From Hydrolagus colliei (lineage: Eukaryota), in assembly GCA_035084275.1 (NCBI GenBank), contig CM068749.1, positions 13,702,001 through 13,766,000 on the forward strand: a stretch of DNA of 64,000 bases, written 5' to 3'. A program made the translations under genes and the position numbers. The notes below the pieces were generated by a model. That model saw only the letters and a list, made by a program, of their open reading frames with translations. It was not told where the DNA came from and made no database searches. Shown one piece after another: positions 14,015 through 25,298 of the stretch (position 1 is the stretch's first letter; each line of letters starts with the position of its first letter).

Positions 14015-14080
14015 CTTGCTTTGGGATAGCAACTTCTAGAGATGAAACACTTGGGTGTGTCCTATCATGTTTTGGATGAG
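14015..14080 (-). CDS. NTNG1: NTNG1 66-nt cassette exon (phase 1-1), (P)HPKHDRTHPSVSSLEVAIPKQ
   Basis: tttttcctaatgcatgcag|CTCATCC...AAGCAAG|gtagga, open in frame. Aligns without gaps to the recalled human alternative exon NPPKFNRIWPNISSLEVSNPKQ. Confidence 0.88.
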
Positions 14081-14787
14081 CTGCATGCATTAGGAAAAAT
14101 CAGGAATTATTAATCCTAACTAGAGAAAAATGTTTCACAAAACTGAAAGGACAAACACATCGATCATAGACAGCTGTTAATGCAATTGTCCAAAATGCAT
14201 TTGCATATTGCATGACTGCAACAGCTTTATAGACAAACAAGAGATGTTTCCAGAAATCTGAGGAACTTTTTCTGGAAGCCATCATATATATTTAGATACA
14301 CTAAATAAACATTCAGTAGTGGTGTAATGATTTCCTACCAAAGACCATTTTAATTTGATTTATTTTATTAGAGAACATGAAGTCAGCAGTGAAACCTTCG
14401 GTCGATTCTTGGTTGACTTTACTTTTCCCCTCTATATTTTGCCAACCCTGATAATTTTATCTCCCCAATATTTCTTTTGCTGTTTTTGTTTCTGCCAAGA
14501 AAATGGTTTGTCCTACAAATACTTTGGCACGTGAACTGACCGACATTGCCTCTGAAGTTCTTTGAGAAGATTTTGACATTTTAGATGTTATAAAATATAC
14601 GATGGTTATACTGTATATACCAATAGGAAAAAGGTAGCAGAAACCAAAAGGAGTAATATTTTTGCAAAACAGTGACAATTACTTCTACTGTAATAATAAT
14701 AATCCTTGTGATATGATGCCTTTCACTTTGTGAGGACATCTTCTGCTTTGCAGAATTTAAGGTAAAGTACAGTGTAGGCTCCGTCCT

Positions 14788-15044
14788 TATGGAAATTTTC
14801 CGATATCAATATATCGGTTTGCCCATATCGACATATATCGATATATCGATATCGCGTTTTTTTTTGTCCATTCCGGTGTGTGCGCGTGCATTTGGATATC
14901 GACAAGGTAAGTTGAAAAAGTATGTATTATACCGATATATCAATATATCGCTGGACACGATATAACAAATTTTTAGATATATCGATATATTTTAAATTCC
15001 GATATCGGCATATCGATATGAAAATTATATCGGATATAACCATA
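14788..15044. mobile_element. CGATAT/ATATCG-rich element, probably a non-autonomous hAT-like DNA transposon
   Basis: Dense CGATAT/ATATCG motifs in both orientations; imperfect inverted ends TATGGAAATTTTCCGATAT / ATATCGGATATAACCATA. No clear target-site duplication. Confidence 0.55.
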
Positions 15045-15327
15045 TATAGTACAATGACACTATTTGGGAAGTGAATAGAAGCCTTCTATATATTTTGCAG
15101 CTCTGTAGTTGGCTATGAAATCACACAAAAATGATAGTCCTTCAACTGGAGGGCACAAAACATTTTCATAAAAAATCCAGATGACAATGTATTGAGAAAA
15201 TACCGTAGAGCTAACTGACCCCAGTACCCCCAAAAAGATATATTGCAAGGAATTAGAACATCAAATTCCATGGGATATGTTACTTAAAGTAAACTACATG
15301 TGTACACATGACAAAGAAAGATGTTGT

Positions 15328-15713
15328 GGAGCCCTGTAGCTTAGTAGTTATAGCACTTGCCTCTCAAGCTAGAGGACCTCAGTTCAATTATCAGGCAGCG
15401 TGAAATGTTAAGCAAGTTTCCTTATTCCACATCCCTCTGTTTACCTAGTGGAAAGTAGGAACCTGATTGTTAGTTGATTGTTGGATCGCTTTTCCCGGGG
15501 TAATCCCTTCAAAATATTTTTTTTAAAAACGAATCATTTGGTGACTCAATCCACAACTGTTTGTGGCCCACTGCTGTGTGCAATTGGTTGCTGTGTTTCG
15601 CCCACAAAATGTAGTGTCATTTCACTTTACATTATATTCTGTGAAGCGCTTTGAGATATCTCAAAGATGTGATAGGCGCTACATAAAATGTAAGGATTAT
15701 CATTAGTATTATT
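15328..15713 (+). mobile_element. Near full-length tRNA-derived SINE with L2-like tail
   Basis: Head with A-box-like TAGCTTAGTAG and B-box-like AGTTCAATT; body shared with other copies; tail AATGTAAGGATTATCATTAGTATTATT. Confidence 0.85.
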
Positions 15714-16170
15714 TCTATCTTGGTTTGGTTTAATGAAAGGCTCTCTCAAACCATCAACCGTTTTGCTTTCCAAAAATACTGCCCTGTCAGCAAACTGTGA
15801 ATTGCTTAAACCATACATTACAAAGATAGAAACAGGTAGGGGTGACATTTCTCTGTACCTTTGAATATGCTTGAAACATATCTTACACTTTAAATTCCAT
15901 CCCCAGTGTAGACCAAAAGCAATGCTGAGCATCGAGAAGGAAAGAACAAGTACTATCTCTTGTATGAGTAACTGAATGGAGAAATTGTTGTTTGCAGTAG
16001 AGAACTTCCATTATCTAAAGCATAGACATCCTTGATGCACTTGTAACAAATACTTTTTTGCTGTTATGGAAGTGTTATGATCTCAAATTGAAGAGATGTG
16101 GCTTCAAATCACTTTGTTAGTAATAGTTAGTCAACCAGAACAGAGATTCAGAAATGTATAAGTCAATGAG

Positions 16171-16206
16171 TATGTATGTATGTATGTAAGTATGTATGTA
16201 TGTATG
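16171..16206 (+). repeat. (TATG)n microsatellite
   Basis: TATGTATGTATGTATGTAAGTATGTATGTATGTATG. Confidence 0.9.
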
Positions 16207-18530
16207 CACGCATGCATACAATTAATTAATTAAATTTTGTACTAACTTTGAGACCAGCCAAAAGAATTACAATGGTCTTTTCCAGTCCTGTATATTCCTC
16301 TGGTCCCATTTACCAGCTCGCAAAAATGGGAGAAGCTCAAATATAGCTGGTTGCACTCATGCCATCTACAACCCTGTACCATTAGATAGCCCTGGACCAT
16401 GACAATTCACAGCATCTTTAAGTGCATTGAGATCAGAGCCACTGCAATACCCAAAGGACCACTGGAGTTAGTCGCAGATATGAATAACAGGCCTTCTATA
16501 TTCCCTGCAGCTCTGAAGTTCATCTAGACAGCTATTCAACAAGGGAAACTTGCTAAACCCAGGAAATACTAACAGAAAGAGGACCTTCATTATATATATA
16601 TTTACTGTAATACTATACAGTACATATATTAAAAAAACACAAGAAACTCTTCTACCTTTGAAATTACACAGTGCGTAAGAAAATATTGGTTTAGTAAACA
16701 TCTTAAAAGTATATAAATGATATCTGTTAATAAAATAAAAAGTCAATGTTACAAAATTAAAGAAAAGTAATGATATGCTTCTTATGTTTTTGTAGATGTA
16801 CTGATGCAAGACCAGTATTTGTAATATACAGGGATTAAGGCAGGAGAACTGGGCTAAGACTACAAAGTTATTCAGTAAATCATCAGTGAAAGATCTTGGA
16901 ACTCAAACCAATGAAATTCTTTACCTTAGAACTGCTTTGGTTTCAAAAAATTACGGTCTCACATTTCACATGGTCATAGCCTCGAGAGCACTATATCTTA
17001 AAACTTCAGACAGTTCAAAATGTTAGAACATTCTCAAATTTGCAAGTCGGATTTCCACAGTTCGCCTTATGAACGTTGGACAATTTTGCATGATTGTACA
17101 TGTCAAGACAGTTTAAAAAAATTCCCAGAAGGCATAAAACCCAAACCATCTGATTTAAAGATAAGAGTGTGCTGCACTGACATTGAACAGACTTAAAGCA
17201 AAGACCATGAGAAATTTCCAGTCTCCAGGCGTTTAAGACAAATAACCCTTACAGAAATTGGCCTCTAAGATATTTGTGTTGTGCTTTTTTTCCCGATTTG
17301 TAGGCATGAATACATTAAATTAAAGCTTACGTTGCGAGCTACTATTTTTCTGCAATCTACATCCAGAAACGTTAGGTGATGAAATGACAACCTGCCAACT
17401 GATGTTTGCACATTAAATCCAGGGCTTTTCTTAGTATAATTACTTTCAAGGTGGTAGAACTGAGCAAATCAAATGCTAATTAAGTGAAACCAGGTCTGTA
17501 AAACCTATGATTTGATGTGATGTGGCAGATGGCAGCCTATTATTATGTGACTTGGCTGCACTACGAATGGATGAGAATCCGAAAGGCAAACTTGCGTAAT
17601 GCAGTACCTGACTTAATCTCTGTTATTATTAAGCATGACTGAATCTAGTAACAATCTAGTAAGCAATTAACGATGTGATGGATGGTTGTGCAAGGCATTA
17701 TAAGTTGTTTATTTTTAGCCACATTTGTGTCAGTTAATATAGGTGTCCATCGCTATAGGTTTAAGGTGGTTTTTTTTCAGATTTTCTTGACCATTGTCAT
17801 CTAGGTTTAAAATTCATCACAGCCGGTGAGGGCTCCGCCTATGATAAAATGAGAATGGGGCAATGAATGAATGATGGAATCCCCACCTTCCCATGAAGTA
17901 TTTCAGTGTGACAGGTGGCGTGAAAACACTTTCCTGATCTGTTGTTTCAGTTGATTCAGCAATATGGTTCAAATTCTGCAGCGAGAATTTATGCGGCACA
18001 TTGAATGGAAAAGTTACTTGTAGTAAAACTGCTGAGAAACTACTAACCCACAGGAGGTGCATTTTCATACAGAGCAATCCGTCATTTTAACTACTGTACC
18101 TTCAAAATTATATCTTTTTCCTCAGCTGACTGAATCCAGAGCTAATTGTATCGTCCAACAATATGCATTGATTTTCCTGTAGCCCTTCTTTATTTTAAAA
18201 ATAGAAAGAGACGCGGAGAGATTGCCCAGGACAGTCTGCCTCCATTAGTCAAAGAATCCGTTGGCGTTTTGTGCTGTTCCAAACAGCCAGTAGTTTTAAC
18301 CAAACATCTGATACTGAATTTCCAATTAGATTTAATTTAACCAAACCCCAGACCTTCAACTTTGGTGAGAGCAACATTAATAAAACACCATTTTAAAATT
18401 CAGTTCAAATTCATATCTTATAGTGTGATCGAACAGGAATCACCAATAGAGGATACTGTTGTGATGGAAAATACATCATACTGAACTCAGCTCTGACATG
18501 ATTTATGTCCAATCACTTCTGGTTACCAAT

Positions 18531-18893
18531 AAGATCCACTCACTCATTTTCAAATCCCTTCATGCCCTCACACCTCCCTACCTATCTGATCTGCTTGCCC
18601 CCCCCCAATGGACCACCTGCTGCTTCCGCTCCGCTGGCTCTGACCTCTTGTTTGTCCCTCGTCCCCTCCGTTCCACATTAGTGGCAATGATTTCAGCCAA
18701 TTCACCTGAACATCTGGAACTCTCTCCAACAATTCCTCTGCCTTGCCCATTCCCTTGCCACCTTGAAATCCCACCCAAAGACATTTCTTTTTGATTGTGC
18801 TAATGGTCACCTCCGACCTCCCTCTCCCCGGCTCGAATCTCTAGGCGCTACCTCTCATAATGGGTGCTATATAAATGCAAGACCTCTTGTTTG
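18531..18893 (+). mobile_element. Degenerate L2 LINE 3' fragment
   Basis: Translates KIHSLIFKSLHALTPPYLSDLL..RSAGSDLLFVPR, homologous to the L2 at 19919; ends GCTATATAAATGCAAG. Confidence 0.8.
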
Positions 18894-19918
18894 TCCCTCA
18901 AGACAAAGAGTTGATAGTTATGACTCAAGAGTCAAGGTAAACAACTCCTGCTATGAATGACTATATATTAGTCCCCAATATGTGTGTATATTTAATTTGC
19001 TTTATGATTTTTACTGAGCCAACAGCAGAAATCAAGATAATTCACAGTGGATAGGATTTGGCTGATATCTTACCAAGTCAGACTGATCAAATGCAATCAA
19101 AGTGATGGTGGCACCTTATTGAAACATCAGAAATATGAGAGCAGAGGCAGCCTTCCCCACTGTCAAACATGTCAATACCAATATCTGTTTGCGATGAATC
19201 AACCATGCAAATAGCACTCAAAGTGCTAGACAGGAGGCAAAATAAAGCCATAAATCTATCAGTGACAGAAAAGTACTTTCATTTGGTGCCTTTCACGTGA
19301 AAGATTTTTTAAAAGCATTTAAAGTAGTGGTTGACTACGAGCAAGAATTTAGAGTTGACTAAAGGCACGATCAGAGAGTTAAGTCTTTCGGTGTTTTTTT
19401 AAAAGGAAGTCGTAGTGAGGTGAAATGGTTTTAGAAGAGAATTGCAGAGGTCAGTTGCTGAAAGCTTTGCTTACCTGTATTTGAGAGATGGGGGGAATAG
19501 GCATCCTAAGATTAGTAAAAATCTTAAAGAAAGAAAATATGTGCTGATGTCTTTTAAAGCTTATTGGTGATTCAAATATCTTGCTATTGCTTTTTTTAAA
19601 TGACCAAATGTTCTTGGAATAGTTGATTTGCATTATTCACCCAATGTAAACCAATTCTAAGGCCTGAAATTTCTCCTGTGATCATTTTGGCTTTAAATTT
19701 ACGATTAGGCAAAACTGAGAAAAAAAATCTTGCATTCAGCATTTTAAGAAGATTCCGTTTTTCTATGTTATATACTGTATATGGAATAGAGTAGTGGTGG
19801 CTAACCAGACCTATAAGATATGCCCCACCCCACCCGAACATTTGCACTAGTCTAGCTAAATCTGTGTACACTTGTATGTTTCTAGGTTTTTCTTGAATGA
19901 ATATATCTTATTTCCACC

Positions 19919-20610
19919 TATTTCCATCTGCGCAACATTGCCAGGCTCCGCAACTATCTAACCCCCACTGCCGAAACACTCGTGCATGCATACATCACCT
20001 CACGGCTGGATTACGGAAATTCTCTCCTAGTCGGCCACCCCAGTTCCTCCATTCATAGGCTGCAGGCCATCCAAAACTCTGCAGCCCGTGTACTATCCCG
20101 CACCCGCCTCCGTGACCACATAACCCCCACCCTCGCCCGTCTCCACTGACTCCCCATCCTCCAGAGGATCGAGTTTAAGATCCTCGTCCTCACCTACAAG
20201 GCCTTACACGGCCTTGCCCCATCCTACCTAACCGATCTACTCTCCCCCTACACGCCCACCCGGACCCTCCGTTCAACAGGACTTGGCCTGCTCCAAGCCC
20301 CCCGCCCGAACCGCCCCACCATCGGAGGCCGGGCCTTCAGTTTCTCCGCTCCCACCTTATGGAATGCCATCCCTCAATCCCTCCATTTCGTCTCTTCCCT
20401 TTCCTCTTTCAAGGCCGATTTGAAGACTTTCCTCTTCGATTGTGCCTTTTGTTCCACCCCGAACTCTTTTACCTCCCCTTCGTGTTTCACCCCTTCCCAA
20501 ACACTCCCCTCCCAGCTCGGGTCACACGCCTCTTGTTCAGCGCCTTGGGACGTCCTCCCGACGTGAAAGGCGCTCTATAAATGTAAATTGTTGTTGTTGT
20601 TGTTGTTGTT
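19919..20610 (+). mobile_element. 5'-truncated L2 LINE (C-terminal ORF2 plus 3' UTR and (TTG)n tail)
   Basis: Frame YFHLRNIARLR..LVHAYITSRLDYGNSLL..LQAIQNSAARVL..HITPTLARLH*LPILQRIEFKILVLTYKALHGLAPSYL..GGRAFSFSAPTLWNAIP..FKADLKTFLF; one W-to-stop change; (TTG)n tail. Confidence 0.93.
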
Positions 20611-22642
20611 ATGGCATAAAATGTATTTTGTTGGCCAACCAAAAAAGATTACTTTTGACATGTGATATAATGTCCAGATCAAATGTTGCAACCTGCCTTA
20701 TTTTCATTTCACCTGCACAATAGTTTCTCTCATATCTAGCTCTCCTACTACACACGGGGAAGAGAAGTAAAGAATAAACTGTAAAATATAATAACATTGG
20801 CACGTAGCACAGGATGTATCAGAGAGCTAAAAATGGAAGCTGAGTGTAGGAAGGTTCATTCAATATAAAGGACTTTCTGTGGTTAGGTGATGTGATGAAT
20901 TGACCAAATAAATCTTTAGTGCAGTAGGAAATATATGCAGCATTATTGCCCTTTTCCTTCCCAATGGACAGCATCCACTCTTTGACTCCGTACCCAGCTA
21001 AAAGCGAACATCAACGTGTCACCCATCAGTGAGCTGCTTCACTGGAAATTCAACAGATTGGAACTGGGTCAGTCCTGCATATGGATTGAGAGCTGTCTGA
21101 GGCGGCACAATTCAGTTCTGCCTGAGTTCTGCTATATCCTTGGCCAATATTATATTCTTATCGGCTTGGATGCCTCAAAATCAGATTCACCATCTGTCTG
21201 GATGTCAATCTGAAGAATTTCCGGTGAAGCCAATCAATGAGGCGTGCCACTGATGTTAGCCGAGTGGCTCTCATCTATGTATACAGCTCTAAAATGGAAA
21301 GACTGTTGGAAACAAAAACAACTTTATTTGCAAATATAGCATCTCCTTCCATTTACATATAGTTTGCCTAATGGAGGTAAGATGGTACTCTATAACAGAG
21401 ACAAAATATAAATGCTTATATGCTTCCAAGACCATATTACTCCTCATGTCAAGTATCAACCTTCATCGTTCCAAAAACTAGTAATTCTGAATGTTGGTCA
21501 ACTTATTACCTTTATCCTTTTGTTTTATATGGCATGAATTTAAAAAAATGGTTTCACTGCTGACATTTCTAAATTACTTTAGTACCCATTATATTTAACA
21601 TGTAAAATGCTAATCATCTTAATCATTTTCACAAATCACCAGTTTTGGGGCTGGAGTCAATTCAAACTCATTTTAATGTATCATTCAAATGTGTGTGATA
21701 GGTTTTACTCCCGCAAAACATTGCTCTGTAACAATTGAACTTAGTTTTGAAATAAAATGGGGTAAGGAATGCCTTTTGTTTGTTCTCAACAGCAGTCAGA
21801 GATGAATAGGAAATCATTGCAGCCATTTAATCGCTGTGCATTGTGTTGTGATTAAAAACAAACATTTTTATCATACACATTTTAAGGAGCCATCATGAAA
21901 TTAAAAAGGAATGAATAATTCTGACCATTCAGCACCTGTGGTACATCGATCCAAGCATCAGAACTATCCTACAAAATGGGCACCTTGCTTACAGTCAGTA
22001 TGTTTATGTATTATTTAATAAAGACAATGGGGGATTGACTAGTCTTGCAAGTTGACAGCAAAACATCTGCTAACGGATGTTGGCTTTTAATGTGGTGGAT
22101 GGTTTGGAATGGCATGGTCAGCATGCGAATGGCTGGATAAATAGGAAGAGAGTTCATGCAAAATACCAGAAATAGAAAGTGCACCGATTCAGGCAGAAAT
22201 ATTTATTTAACCCATCTTCCATTTCTGCATTTAGGTTGCTGTGTCAGGATTTTGCAGGAATCGTTGCGTTGAAATAGTGGAAAGTTAACAGTTTTCCAAA
22301 ATGTCACTTACCCATTCTCATAAAATATTCTTGCCAAGCATGTTTTCAGCCCAGCCTTTTCCTTTCAGTCAAGATGCATGTCAAATACATTATGACAGCC
22401 TGTCTACTCCGTGCACAACAGTTTTTTTTTCAAGATGCTAATTCCTTTTTTTTGTGAAAACAAGTACAGGTACTAGCAGATTTTGCCTATATTCTCTGCT
22501 GTGTGCAGTCTGCAGTTAGTAAAAGATGAACAAAATACCTGGAAGCTCATATTAAATGATTTACCCCACACAGAAATGGACAAAGGGCAAGTCGATTTTA
22601 AGAAGATCTTAAGTAGATCTTATTAGAGGAGAATGTACTTAC

Positions 22643-22669
22643 GCCGACTGCTGATGGTATTAGGAAGGC
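22643..22669 (-). CDS. NTNG1: NTNG1 27-nt micro-exon (phase 1-1), (C)LPNTISSR
   Basis: Long T-rich tract ending ctgtctttcag|GCCTTCCTAATACCATCAGCAGTCGGC|gtaagt. T|GC gives the eighth Cys of LE1. Size and position match the recalled human 27-nt exon CIPSISSIG. Confidence 0.9.
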
Positions 22670-22743
22670 CTGAAAGACAGTAAAAAAACAAAATCAATAA
22701 CTTCACAGCTCACAGCTCACATGCTTTAATATGTCAATCTCTT

Positions 22744-22990
22744 GGGGCTCCCATGACAGTGCAGTTAGAAACTCTTGGGCAAGTTTCCTTGCTCCACATT
22801 CCTAATAAGAATCACTCCAAAAAATAATAACTTGGTCACTTCAGTCAATGACTGTTTGTGTGCAATTGGTTGCCTTATTTCACCCACATATATATAGTCA
22901 ATTCACTTTACAGTGTATTCTATGAAGTGCTTTGAGACATCTAGAAGACGTGAAAAGCATATATCAAATGCAAGGATTATTATTATTATT
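22744..22990 (+). mobile_element. Internally deleted SINE of the 15328 family
   Basis: TTGGGCAAGTTTCCTTGCTCCACAT..GACTGTTTGTG..AAATGCAAGGA(TTA)n; begins about 75 nt upstream of the micro-exon acceptor. Confidence 0.8.
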
Positions 22991-23159
22991 TTATTAACGC
23001 AAGGGAATGTTCACCACAATTTTTGAAAAGGAATTCTACAATATGTGAACCCACAGCTTAATGGAAGCACTTAAGGTTCATTCTTATCTAGATTTCTGCA
23101 TTGAGAGCTATGTCATCTGCCACCTAGCAGCTCCTCGTGAATAAAATCCACGTGAAATT

Positions 23160-23532
23160 AAAAAAACTTGCATTTTTGTAGTGTTTTACTATGTCTCCAA
23201 GTACTTTGAAAGTAATTCTGGTCAAGTGAGTTTACCTGTTTTGTAGGCGCATTTGGGAACAACTTGCTCTGTCTAAATGTTACAAATAACCATGAGGGTC
23301 ACTTTGTCTATGAGTCGGCAAAAATGGACAGGTCATTGGGTGGAATTCCCTTTTGTTTTAAATAGTGCCTCCAATCTTGTAGCATCCAAAACTGGTTTAA
23401 CTTTTCATCTGAAAGTTAACATCCCTGACAGTTCAACACATCCTTCAGTGGAGTATTGGTCTAGACTAGAAACTGATGTCTTCAACCTTCTAACCCTGAG
23501 GTAAAGTACAACAAACTGAGCCAAGCTGACAC
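23160..23532 (-). mobile_element. Old tRNA-headed SINE (Deu-domain-like), degenerate
   Basis: Reverse strand begins GTGTCAGCTTGGCTCAGTTTG..CTCAGGGTTAGAAGGTTGAAG, contains CTGAAGGA..ACTGTCAGGGATG..TTTCAGATGAAAAGTTAAACC, ends AAATGCAAGTT. Confidence 0.55.
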
Positions 23533-24522
23533 TTGCTAACTCCACATTTACTACCCAACTATTTTGACTGTGTAACGAACAGTGACGATTATACCATCAA
23601 CAGGAACTTGATACCTTGCCGGAAACTTTCAAAGAAACTTCAGTCATTTACTACCAATATGCATTTTTCTGCATGAATTTTACATTATGGAAAATACCTA
23701 AGAGTAGCATGGGGTTAAAGGCTCAAATATAAAGATTTACAAACATTGTATTGGACCCAATAGTATATGACTATTTTTTATTTCATAAGCATTTTATCAC
23801 TGTGCACAATGTAACAGAAATCTTGGCCCACAGAATACAGTATTATGAAATGCATTTAGTCATAATATTGATTATTCACCACATTGATTTTCTCTGTCCT
23901 ACTTCGGTTCCCAAGATGAATAATTAAGAGAATAGTGCTTAGTTTATGATCCAAGTGCAATATATATTTAAACGTTTTGATCATGTTACCATTTATGTTG
24001 CGTGATAGAATTAAGTTAAGACACGCTGCAGGTCACTCACGCTGCAGCTACAATGGACCAGCTGCCACAGACACACGAGACGTTTGAGTAAGATGTGAGT
24101 AATCACTGACGGGACTGGTGAGTCACATCACTTTGGTGCGGAGCTGGCCAGAGCTTTGTGTGCTTCTCCTCAAACATAAGGCATTGTATGGTGTCAAACA
24201 ATTGTTGGTGAGGCCTTTCCTTTCAGTGTTTTAGAAGCATTGATGTGTTGAACTGAACTGAAGGTGGCACAGCAGACTGCCAAACAAATTATGTGGCAAA
24301 AGCTGGCTTCATACCAACTGTAGTAAGAAAACTAAATCCTTTGATGGTGACCTGGCATAAACTGATGCCAGCCTATGCCAGCAGTTTACCTGCCCTTTAT
24401 TGCCACCGATTGGTTGATGCAGCACTTGTGGCAAACATTCAGCACATCTGCATGCATTATCACTCCAGAAGAGGTGAAACTAACAATGTGAAATCAAAGA
24501 CTGTGGCTACATTTTAATAGTA

Positions 24523-25298
24523 CAGGTATCCCTCCCCAACCGTGGGGGATACGTTCCTCTAAACCTCCGCGGTTGGTAAAATCGCGGTTGGAAAATGCAG
24601 GGCCCTATGGGAAACATGGGGATAGGGGAAGTAAGTTTGTGTTTCGTAGAACTAAACAATGAGGGGTGGGCAGTGGTGAGGGGTGGGCAGTGGGGTGACA
24701 TGGAGGGCTGTCTGACTGACTGACTGACCTACAGAGAGAGAGAGAGAGACACACACACAGAGGATGGGGGGGTGGGGGGTGATACGGAAGGCTGGGGTGG
24801 GCTGTCTGTCTGACCTAGAGAGAGAGAAATCAATGGAGAAGGTGTGGTGGGTGACACAAAGGGATGGGGGTGCTGTCTGACTGACTGACTGACTGACTGA
24901 TACAGACACGGAGAGAGAGAGAGTGAGGGGGGTTGGAAGGAAGAGAAGGTGAAATAGAGAGAAAGTGAGTCAGAGAGAGATACACTTACACACACAGAGA
25001 AAGGATGAAAAAAAGCGACAATAAATTCATGTCACTGTATTTATCTTAATCCTAAGAGAGAAGCGTTGTCGCCGGTTGATTGCAACATTACAACTGGGTC
25101 CTAGTGCTATACGCTAGCGCAAAGCGACATCGAGGCTGGTTGATGCAACTGAGTCCTAGCCTAAATGCTAATGTTAGTGTTAAAACCCATGGATAAGCAA
25201 GGGTTATAAGCCATGGTTAGCAAGGGTTGTCGCATTTAGCAAACAGTGGATGTGTGAGTTTCGCAGTTGACGAGGTCGCGGTTGGGGTGGGATACCTG
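24523..25298. mobile_element. Tigger-like non-autonomous DNA transposon, 776 bp, with internal microsatellites
   Basis: TIRs CAGGTATCCCTCCCCAACCG / CGGTTGGGGTGGGATACCTG, TA on both sides; internal (GACT)n, (GA)n and (CA)n tracts. Confidence 0.9.

Noticed and set aside
15328-15400. tRNA-like sequence
   Set aside because: Degenerate SINE head continuing into a SINE body; no complete cloverleaf.
19475-19505. Minus-strand exon-like segment cttag|...ACAG|gtaagc
   Set aside because: 31 nt, frameshifting, no recognisable homology, adjacent to a decayed L2 remnant. A poison exon cannot be excluded without RNA data.
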